A DNA stretch of 24,000 bases. Origin: Candidatus Scalindua sp. Its GTDB lineage: Bacteria > Planctomycetota > Brocadiia > Brocadiales > Scalinduaceae. The stretch lies in contig JALDRA010000001.1 in assembly GCA_031316235.1 (NCBI GenBank), positions 2,657,117-2,681,116 on the forward strand, given 5' to 3'. The notes under the pieces were generated by a model. The model did no database searches. It was not told where the DNA came from and saw nothing but the letters and a program-made list of their open reading frames with translations. The translations under genes were made by a program, and so were the position numbers. Position 1 is the stretch's first letter; each line of letters begins with the position of its first letter. Positions 1-6,422 of this stretch are shown here, one piece after another.

Positions 1-2
1 TT

Positions 3-191
3 GTTGAAGAGTTTCTTCCGAAGCAGCTGTCCGATGGTGAGCTTGAAAACATAGTTCGCGAGGTGGTTGAGTCGGAAAAACTGACAAGTAAAGATATCGG
101 TTCCGCAATGAGGATTATTATGGGCAGGTATAAGGATGTTGCTGACGGCAGAAAGGTTCAGTCCCTCATAAAGAGTATACTTGCGGGTTGA
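3..191 (+). CDS. GatB/YqeY-domain protein, C-terminal end (5' part lies outside the window)
   Basis: Frame +3 is open from the window edge to TGA 189-191. It is absent from the ORF track because it has no start in the window. My translation is VEEFLPKQLSDGELENIVREVVESEKLTSKDIGSAMRIIMGRYKDVADGRKVQSLIKSILAG. It resembles the C-terminal helical domain of YqeY/GatB_Yqey proteins. Recognition by eye only. Confidence 0.55.
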   Translation, partial: VEEFLPKQLSDGELENIVREVVESEKLTSKDIGSAMRIIMGRYKDVADGRKVQSLIKSILAG

Positions 192-198
192 AAGGGGC

Positions 199-408
199 TT
201 ATGAATAAGGCCACCGCACAGATTTTTGTCCCTCTGATTGTTTTTCAGGCTCTCTGAAGGAGGTGACGTCAAACCATTGGATCTTCAGCTTGTGTTGCTC
301 CCTGTGACCGAACCATGAGCATATCATTCTCTCGGGGGGCTGTTCAATTACCTTGCCTGCAGACAAGTCAGCCGGGCGAAAATTCTCTCGAAACCTGCTC
401 GATTTCAA
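199..408 (-). CDS. hypothetical protein (69 aa), no recognisable family
   Basis: ORF-track ORF with a TTG start, convergent with the YqeY-like gene. No motif I recognise and no convincing RBS. Kept only as a possible gene. Confidence 0.2.
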   Translation of the reverse strand: MKSSRFRENFRPADLSAGKVIEQPPERMICSWFGHREQHKLKIQWFDVTSFREPEKQSEGQKSVRWPYS

Positions 409-485
409 TTCCTGACTGATGAAGGAGTTACATCACAATATATGTGATAGTAAGCTTTGATGCATACAAAATGTTGTATTTTTCT

Positions 486-513
486 TTGACATTCGGTGTT
501 TTGCTGGTATACT
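486..513 (+). promoter_or_regulatory. sigma70-like promoter candidate for the glutaredoxin-like gene
   Basis: TTGACA at 486-491, a 16-nt spacer, then TATACT at 508-513, about 90 nt upstream of ATG 603. Confidence 0.4.
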
Positions 514-602
514 TCCCGGCACATTGTATTAAACGGTCCACATTGCTGAAAAAGGCAGGTCTTTTATCATTATAATCCTTTATGAAAGGGGGAGTGAGCA
601 GT

Positions 603-803
603 ATGAAATATATCTATACCGCGGTTGATTGTCCAAAATGTGAAACGCTTAAAGAGAAGTACAGGACAGAGGGCGTTGAGTATGTCGAAAGGGATGCGGA
701 GCGGCTCAAAAAACCGTCAGACGATCGCGATGAAATTGACGTTGAAGCATTTGTTCAGCTTTCAATGCAGAATATGGTCCTTCCTGTTGAGATAGATAAC
801 TAG
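603..803 (+). CDS. small thioredoxin-fold / glutaredoxin-like protein (CPKC redox motif)
   Basis: The ORF track gives 582..803. I prefer ATG 603 because AAGGGGGAG (586-594) sits 8 nt upstream. The protein MKYIYTAVDCPKCETLKEKY...MVLPVEID has a CxxC directly after the first beta-strand-like segment and a VLPV (cis-Pro type) motif near the C-terminus. That is the layout of small glutaredoxin/NrdH-like proteins. Confidence 0.6.
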   Translation: MKYIYTAVDCPKCETLKEKYRTEGVEYVERDAERLKKPSDDRDEIDVEAFVQLSMQNMVLPVEIDN

Positions 804-947
804 TGGTTGAATGAAAACTACTCATCTCCTGCGTTGAGGTACTAATTCCGTAATCCTCAAGTACTTGAGTACATTCCGGTTACAAAATTACTAAACGCCT
901 TGTATCTGGTCGGTTTTGATCCAGCCACAGGGTTTTGGTTCAATCAC
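803..947 (+). repeat. diverged copy of the nested palindromic intergenic element found at 7801-7926
   Basis: A hand alignment to the reverse complement of 7801-7926 gives roughly 80% identity. Matching blocks are GTGGTTGAATGAAAAC vs GTGTTTGAACCAAAAC, GTACTAATTCCGTAATCCTCAAGTACTTGAGTAC vs GTAATAATTCCGTACTCCTCACGTGCTTGAGCAC, CGCCTTGTATC (identical), and GTTTTGGTTCAATCAC vs GTTTTGGTTCAAACAC. The first G (803) is the last base of the TAG stop of the upstream gene. Confidence 0.6.
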
Positions 948-1117
948 TGACGAGATGTTCTGGAATTTAAATTATTTTAATAAGCCTGTTAATCTGGCTG
1001 GCAGCATTGAGGGTTCGTTGTTGCTGGCTGATTTTTCAGGTTTAATCTGCAAAGAGTTTTTGCAAGATACCCATATTTTTATTTTTTGAGGAGTCAGGGC
1101 TTTCGCCTGAAATAGTA

Positions 1118-1636
1118 ATGGAAGAAAAAAATGAGAGTAATATAGAACAGACCCTGGTCTTAATAAAACCGGACGGGCTGGTAAAATCGTTGACGGGTAA
1201 TATTATAGATAAACTGTCTGAGAGCGAATTAGTAATTGTCGGTGCAAAAATGGTCACGGTAGACCGGGAGCTTGCAGAAACCCATTATAAGGACTTGAAA
1301 GGGCAGAAATTTTTTGACGAGCTTATTGAGTATATCATGGGGACCTACCACACCAAGAGGGTTTTGGCCCTCGTATATGATGGCGAGAATGCGATTACGC
1401 GGGTTCGGCACATAACGGGAGACACAAATCCCGAAAAAGCAAATCCGACCTCATTACGCGGAAAATACGGCAGAATTACTACGAGTGGGGTGTTTGAAAA
1501 TGTTATCCATGCATCAAGCTGTGTTGAGGATGCGAAAAGAGAGATACAACTGTGGTTCAAGCCTCATGAGCTTACAAAGGTGATATATGATACGAAGGAA
1601 GAGGAAGTAACAAAGAGAGAAATCGTCTGGAAATAG
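1118..1636 (+). CDS. ndk: nucleoside-diphosphate kinase
   Basis: 172-aa ORF with EQTLVLIKPDG near the N-terminus and a NVIHASS active-site His region (family consensus N..HGSD). The length is typical apart from short terminal extensions. Confidence 0.85.
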   Translation: MEEKNESNIEQTLVLIKPDGLVKSLTGNIIDKLSESELVIVGAKMVTVDRELAETHYKDLKGQKFFDELIEYIMGTYHTKRVLALVYDGENAITRVRHITGDTNPEKANPTSLRGKYGRITTSGVFENVIHASSCVEDAKREIQLWFKPHELTKVIYDTKEEEVTKREIVWK

Positions 1637-1994
1637 CGAATATGCAACCTGGCCGAGCCAGAACACGGAAATGCAAAATGTAAAATCAACAGTCAGCTTA
1701 AAGTGGAGAGAAGATAGAGGGCGTTGAAAAACATACTATCAAATAGAATAATCACACAAAGGCGCTAAGAACACTAAGAAAAACAGAGAAAACGAAAAGA
1801 CAAACAGCGTAAAGAGCGTCAAAACGTTGGAAATGTTTGTCGGACAGACTTGTCATTCAGGTGGGGAACGACCCAAATAAGACACAATTGACGATTATAG
1901 GATCAAAAGCGATAATGAAAAAAGTTTAGGGCCAATTCTTTATTGTTCACATATACTTTCAACTTATAAAATAAAAAATAATCGGAGGTAAATT

Positions 1995-2213
1995 ATGACA
2001 CAACTTCTTGAAAAAGCATTTAAGAAGATATCAAAGTTACCGGAAATGGAGCAAAATATTATAGCAAAATGGTTAATAGATGAGTTGGAATCCGAAAAAA
2101 AATGGGAAAAGTTATTTGCTGAATCGGAAGATTTATTAGAGAAGCTAGCGGACGAAGCGCTCGCTGAACACGCACAAGGAAAGACCAAGCCGCTGGATAT
2201 TGACAAACTATGA
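1995..2213 (+). CDS. type II antitoxin (short acidic helical addiction-module antitoxin)
   Basis: 72 aa, reading MTQLLEKAFKKISKLPEMEQNIIAKWLIDELESEKKWEKLFAESEDLL... This pattern is typical of antitoxins paired with RelE/ParE-type toxins. RBS GGAGG at 1984-1988. The stop overlaps the downstream toxin start (ATGA at 2210-2213). Confidence 0.6.
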   Translation: MTQLLEKAFKKISKLPEMEQNIIAKWLIDELESEKKWEKLFAESEDLLEKLADEALAEHAQGKTKPLDIDKL

Positions 2214-2572
2214 TTTCACACATAACAAAACGATTTCGTAAACTATTGGCGGCACTGTCAAATGAAATTCAAAAACAAGCGAAAGATGCTTACACCCATT
2301 TCAAAAAAGATCCTTATCATCCAGGGTTACACTTTAAGCGGGTACATTCGACTAGACCGATTTATTCAGTTCGTATTTCTATAAATTACCGAGCTGTGGG
2401 GATACAAAAGGATAGCGAAATAATATGGTTTTGGGTTGGAATTCATACAGATTATGAGAAACTATTGAATAAATTCAGTCAACCAAAAATGCACTTGTTT
2501 TTATGTCAATCATTTGTTGTCTTTCAAGAGGTTTCAGTTTTTCTTATGTCTACTGGCAACCATTTTTGGTGA
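2210..2572 (+). CDS. RelE/ParE-superfamily type II toxin with an atypical ~30-aa C-terminal tail
   Basis: Contains ...AKDAYTHFKKDPYHPGLHFKRVHSTRPIYSVRISINYRAVGIQKDSEIIWFWVGIHTDYEKLL, which matches the RelE/ParE-like core that normally ends soon after Y[DE]KLL. There is a 4-nt overlap with the antitoxin gene. The extra tail SQPKMHLFLCQSFVVFQEVSVFLMSTGNHFW runs to the GC-content boundary. Confidence 0.6.
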   Translation: MISHITKRFRKLLAALSNEIQKQAKDAYTHFKKDPYHPGLHFKRVHSTRPIYSVRISINYRAVGIQKDSEIIWFWVGIHTDYEKLLNKFSQPKMHLFLCQSFVVFQEVSVFLMSTGNHFW

Positions 2573-2608
2573 CTGATTTAGGTCGTTGGGCCCCGGGGAG
2601 ATGAAGCA

Positions 2609-3793
2609 TTGAAGCTGATATCGAGCAACAAAAAACTGGTGAAAACGCTATCCCGTTTGATCGAGGGCCATTCGGATGCCTCGTTTGCAGTCGCGTGGGC
2701 TTCATCTGGTAATTCAGTGTTTGACCTCATCCAAGAATACTCCTCAAAAATTTCGCGCGCCGTTATCGGCACACACTTTTATCAAACACACCCAGACGTG
2801 ATTGATGCATTCCAAGGAAAGCCGAGCGTTCGGTTTGTCCTTCAGCCGAACGGGGTGTTTCACCCAAAGCTATACCTTTTTCGCAGTGACGATAAATGGG
2901 AGGCACTGATTGGAAGTGCAAATCTCACGTCCGGTGCATTGAGCGCCAACTCGGAAGCCATGTTACTAATTGGGGGTGATGCGGACAGTTCCACTTCACT
3001 CCTGGACGAAATGGTCAGTCTCATTGACCGTTATTGGGGGCTTGCCAAGCCACTCACAACGAAAGAGGCCGCAGCTTACCGCGAGATATGGGACCGCAAA
3101 CAACCGGCGCTTCGCCGCTTGACTGGGCAATACGGTTCGACAGATACGAAGAAGCCGCTTACTGATTCATCTGTAATGTCAATGGCATGGAGTGAATACT
3201 TCCGTACAGTGAAGGCTGATCCCCATCATGGCTTCGAGAAGCGGTGTGAACTTCTTGCAACTGTAGCGAAAGCATTTGCCGAGCATCAAACCTTCGCTTC
3301 AATGCCCTTAGCCATGCGAAAGACCATTGCTGGTTTGCCTAATGACCAGGAGAGCCGGTGGGGTTGGTTTGGGAGTATGCAGGGCGCAGGTTATTACCAC
3401 CAAGCCGTAAATCAAAACAACCAGCACCTATCGCAAGCTCTTGGCGAGATTCCATTGCGGGAAGTTGTAACGCGTGCGCAGTATGAAGACTACATTTCCG
3501 AATTCCTTAAAGCCTTCCCGAATGGAAGGCACGGGGTTGGCATCGCTAGCCGTCTGTTGGCGTTAAAGCGTCCTGATCAGTTCGTTTGCCTTGACTCGAA
3601 GAACCAAAGTGGGCTCTGCAAGGATTTCGGAATCGTTCGCAATGGCATGAATTACGACAGATATTGGGATGAAATTATCGAGCGCATTCTCGACGCCCCA
3701 TGGTGGAATTCGAAGCGGCCAAGAAATGCAAAAGAAGTGGCGGTCTGGGATGGTAGAGTTGCGATGCTCGATGCAATATTTTACGAAGAATAG
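2609..3793 (+). CDS. HKD/PLD-superfamily nuclease-like protein with an uncharacterised C-terminal domain
   Basis: 394-aa ORF with a TTG start 8 nt after GGGGAG (2595-2600). A single HKD motif is present: FHPKLYLFRSDDKWEALIGSANLTSGALSANSE (HxK ... GSxN). The C-terminal ~250 aa is not recognisable; GVGIASRLLALKRPDQFVCLD is faintly helix-hairpin-helix-like. The gene is much more GC-rich than its neighbours. Confidence 0.7.
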   Translation: MKLISSNKKLVKTLSRLIEGHSDASFAVAWASSGNSVFDLIQEYSSKISRAVIGTHFYQTHPDVIDAFQGKPSVRFVLQPNGVFHPKLYLFRSDDKWEALIGSANLTSGALSANSEAMLLIGGDADSSTSLLDEMVSLIDRYWGLAKPLTTKEAAAYREIWDRKQPALRRLTGQYGSTDTKKPLTDSSVMSMAWSEYFRTVKADPHHGFEKRCELLATVAKAFAEHQTFASMPLAMRKTIAGLPNDQESRWGWFGSMQGAGYYHQAVNQNNQHLSQALGEIPLREVVTRAQYEDYISEFLKAFPNGRHGVGIASRLLALKRPDQFVCLDSKNQSGLCKDFGIVRNGMNYDRYWDEIIERILDAPWWNSKRPRNAKEVAVWDGRVAMLDAIFYEE

Positions 3794-3877
3794 GCCCAAC
3801 AACTACTTTGAGCTTTGAGTCCGACGGATTACCCTTTCGCTCGCTCCAGGGCACAGGGCAAGTCGGGCTCATGTGTA

Positions 3878-4968
3878 ACTGGGGTCAAACCTTGATCAGT
3901 GATTAATCGCTTGACATTAAAAGGTAGCTTGTGCTACTGTGTCTGTTATGGCAAGACAATGGCGTATTGAATTCGAAGGGGCTTACTATCATATCTTATC
4001 ACGAGGAAATGAATGAAGGGATATTTTTCGAGATAACGATGACCGTATTTTGTTCCTGGACACTCTGGGAAAAATGTCAGACAGGTTTGATATTGAAGTT
4101 TACGCTTATGCCCTCATGGATAATCATTACCATTTGTTACTGAAAACTAATAAGCCCAATATTTCTAAAGGCATGCAATGGTTTGGAACAACCTATACAC
4201 GTCAATATAATATTAAACACAAGCGAAATAGACATCTTTTTCAAGGGCGCTTCAAAAGCTTTCTTATAGAAAATGATGAATACCTTATGCTTTCCTGTTA
4301 TATCCATAGAAATCCTCTGCGTGCAGGAATAGTGAGGAGACTGGCTGACTATCCATGGAGCAGTTATTCTATTTATGCTTATGACAAGAAATCACCGAGT
4401 GGTTGATTACAAAGCCTATTCTTTCTCTTTTCGATACAAAAACAAGCACCTGGCATATAGGAAAATGGTACAAAGTTACTCTAAAGAAGAAACAAAAATA
4501 TGGGAAGATTTTCGATACGTGGCCTTTTTTTTGGTTCCCAGAATTTATTGACCGTATAAAGTCTCAGTATTTGTCAGAAAACCCAGATGTTGAAATTCCT
4601 CAAAAAAGGCAAGTATTAAGAGATAATAATCCTGAAAAAATTCTGAAGATAGCGGCAAAAGTTTTAAAGTGCGATACGGGTGATTTTTTACGATCCTCAA
4701 GGATAAGTGATTCAGATAAATTAAATCGTGATTTATTAATCTATCTTCTGTGGAGTACCGGTTGGTATAATAACCAGGAAATTGGTAATTTGTTTGGTCT
4801 TGCTTATTCATCCATAAGTCGAAGGGTAGCTATTGTGAAATCAAAGATAACGAAAGATGGAAAATTGAATAAGAGGATAACAGAGATTAGATCACGAATC
4901 AAGGTTTGACCCCAGATATACTGGGTCATCCATTAGAAGGCTTTTGTCACACCTCGATCAGTGATTAA
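3878..4968 (+). mobile_element. degenerate IS200/RAYT-like element bounded by inverted copies of its own 3' end
   Basis: 3878-3906 is the reverse complement of 4887-4915, with a perfect 17-nt core (3879-3895 vs 4899-4915, TCAAGGTTTGACCCCAG). A third copy at 4941-4968 has the same orientation as the left copy (23/28 matches). Together they enclose the broken transposase gene. Confidence 0.55.
3948..4909 (+). pseudogene. Y1 (IS200/REP-associated-type) transposase with C-terminal DnaA_C-like HTH, disrupted
   Basis: Manual translation from ATG 3948 gives MARQWRIEFEGAYYHILSRGNE*RDIFRDNDDRILFLDTLGKMSDRFDIEVYAYALMDNHYHLLLK...YIHRNPLRAG. This contains an HUH motif (HYH) and a YIHxNP tyrosine region. 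There is an in-frame TGA at 4014-4016. Relative to the copy at 7011-7757, frame-breaking indels lie near 4397, 4438-4442, 4516-4520 and 4541. The ORF track splits the region into 3931..4143, 4050..4406 and 4403..4909. Confidence 0.75.
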
Positions 4969-5100
4969 CGTGTCGGTGGTTTTGGCTTGATTACAAGTCA
5001 AGGGGTGACCTGGAGTGCGCGAAGTGCGTGTTATTGATGTTAGGTGTTTTTGAAATATAACATAATTGAAACTCATCATTTTAAAGTATAAAATGTTCAT

Positions 5101-5388
5101 ATGCATATTATTACTCGCAAGCGACTTAATAATTTTGCCGACAAACATCCTGATGCAAGAAATTCTCATAATCATTGGTATAAACAAATTAAGAAAGCTG
5201 ACTTTATATCGTTTACTGAATTGCGAAAAATATTTCCAAATGCAGATCAAGCTGGGAAATTGACAGTTTTCAATATCGGAGGAAATAAGGTGCGACTAAT
5301 TACTGCTATTCATTACAATCGAGGTAAAGTTTATATCCGTGCTGTACTAACGCACACAGAATACGATAAAAATAAATGGAAGGAATAA
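5101..5388 (+). CDS. higB: HigB-family type II toxin (RelE-fold mRNA interferase)
   Basis: 95 aa, reading MHIITRKRLNNFADKHPDARNSHNHWYKQIKKADFISFTELRKIFPNADQAGKLTVFNIGGNKVRLITAIHYNRGKVYIRAVLTHTEYDK. It matches the HigB_toxin family pattern along its whole length. Confidence 0.8.
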   Translation: MHIITRKRLNNFADKHPDARNSHNHWYKQIKKADFISFTELRKIFPNADQAGKLTVFNIGGNKVRLITAIHYNRGKVYIRAVLTHTEYDKNKWKE

Positions 5389-5390
5389 AA

Positions 5391-5615
5391 ATGTTAAAAA
5401 GCGATATTAAAAAATTACTACTGTTTGGCCTATGGTTTCAAGTGTTATTTATGTGTCTCATACAGAAAAAGAATATAATCAGTTAGTAAATTTACTTGAT
5501 AGCCTTATTGATGAAGTAGAGTGAAAACGAAGACCATCCTTTAGCATCACTGATGGATATTATTGGTACTCTCATCGAAAAATACGAAACTGATCATGTT
5601 CCAGAATTAACATAG
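5391..5615 (+). pseudogene. higA: HigA-type antitoxin remnant (frameshifted, HTH domain missing)
   Basis: Three frame pieces are present. ATG 5391 gives MLKSDIKK... and stops early. Frame 5432-5524 gives MVSSVIYVSHTEKEYNQLVNLLDSLIDEVE*. Frame 5520-5615 gives SENEDHPLASLMDIIGTLIEKYETDHVPELT*. Joined, they match the N-terminal part of HigB-partner antitoxins (W..V......sE.EY...v.LLd.LiDevG.dE.HPL..L.d.lG.LIe.YE..H.P). The expected C-terminal XRE-type HTH is absent. Confidence 0.55.
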
Positions 5616-5682
5616 AGGGAAAGAACAGGTTCTTTATTGTTGGCAATAGGAGAGTTGAGGGTCAAGCCTTCACAATTCAATT

Positions 5683-5823
5683 ATGAATATGGAAAAGCCT
5701 AACGAATCAGTGGAGCCAACCCCTCCGTCATTTGCGATTCAATTATTTTCAGCCTTTTTGTTTATCTTATTCTTATCTATGATTTTATTTATACGGGGTT
5801 GCTCACTTCAGATCGTTATATGA
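5683..5823 (+). CDS. possible small hydrophobic peptide (46 aa)
   Basis: Manual ORF MNMEKPNESVEPTPPSFAIQLFSAFLFILFLSMILFIRGCSLQIVI with one predicted TM-like stretch. It is below the ORF-track cutoff, has no clear RBS and lies in a decayed region. Confidence 0.15.
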   Translation: MNMEKPNESVEPTPPSFAIQLFSAFLFILFLSMILFIRGCSLQIVI

Positions 5824-5871
5824 TAAACAAAGTTAGAACCTGCTTTAGGTAAATAGTAAAATGGAGAATGT

Positions 5872-6040
5872 ATGCCTGTAATTTCAAAATTTTATGGGAT
5901 AGTTGTATTCATGAATTATAATGAACACAATCCTCCCCATTTTCATGCAATTTATCAAGAGCAAGGCATCAATTGACATTCAAACAGGGTTAGTTCAAGG
6001 AAAAATGTCAAAGCTTGTCATCTCCACCTTTCTATTTTGA
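5872..6040 (+). pseudogene. DUF4160-family gene remnant (frameshifted, 3'-truncated)
   Basis: ATG 5872 gives MPVISKFYGIVVFMNYNEHNPPHFHAIYQEQGIN* with a stop at 5974-5976. This carries the DUF4160 signature FYGI...NDHNPPHFHA. The +1 frame from 5969 continues as SIDIQTGLVQGKMSK, which fits the family pattern, and then diverges to a stop at 6038-6040. Confidence 0.6.
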
Positions 6041-6238
6041 AGTAGTGAGAAAATAACAAACTGGTAATGCTTAATGATAAGTTACCGATCTAACAAATCA
6101 TAAAACGTTCCCCACCCACCTATCGTTCTCGCTGACAGGACAAGAGAAACGCGCGAGGGAGATCAGAAACAGCATAAAACTATTTCGATATATTACCTTA
6201 TTCAAACAAAAAAAGCCTTACTGAAAAGATATCCTTTC

Positions 6239-6422
6239 GAATATACTCAACAGTGTCCGGTTAGGTTTTTGCTTAGGCGCCTTTCGTCATACCCGAACGG
6301 CTTTATCGGGTATCCAGAGACTCGTTTCATCATAGATTCCCGCTAAAAACATGCGGGAATGACAGTTTTGGGGCAATAAATTAAATACGCAAAAACCTAA
6401 CCGGACACTACTGGAATATACT
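6239..6422. mobile_element. MITE-like non-autonomous element (166 bp, 25-nt terminal inverted repeats, 9-bp target-site duplication)
   Basis: The TIRs are 6248-6272 CAACAGTGTCCGGTTAGGTTTTTGC and 6389-6413 GCAAAAACCTAACCGGACACTACTG, with 21 contiguous perfect positions. They are flanked by identical GAATATACT at 6239-6247 and 6414-6422. There is no internal ORF. Two internal hairpins sit at 6286-6314 and 6335-6363. Confidence 0.7.

Noticed and set aside
1861-1871. GGTGGGGAACG at 1861-1871 recurs inverted at 6106-6116, which might suggest island-bounding inverted repeats.
   Set aside because: It is only an 11-mer with poor extension. By rough estimate, many such matches are expected by chance in 24 kb on both strands.
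1637-1994. 360-nt A-rich, T-poor spacer after ndk (only 5 T in 1741-1800). I considered a CRISPR leader, an ncRNA or an attachment-site remnant.
   Set aside because: I found no direct repeats, no tRNA-like arm and no convincing stable hairpin beyond the weak CTGGC-CGA-GCCAG at 1651-1663. The strand asymmetry is real, but I cannot attach a function to it.
3931-4143. ORF-track ORF 3931..4143 (70 aa), and ORFs 4545..4811 (-), 4933..5250 (-) and 5066..5263 (+).
   Set aside because: 3931..4143 is an out-of-frame reading across the transposase pseudogene. The others overlap the transposase remnant or higB in wrong frames or strands and have implausible, AT-driven sequences.
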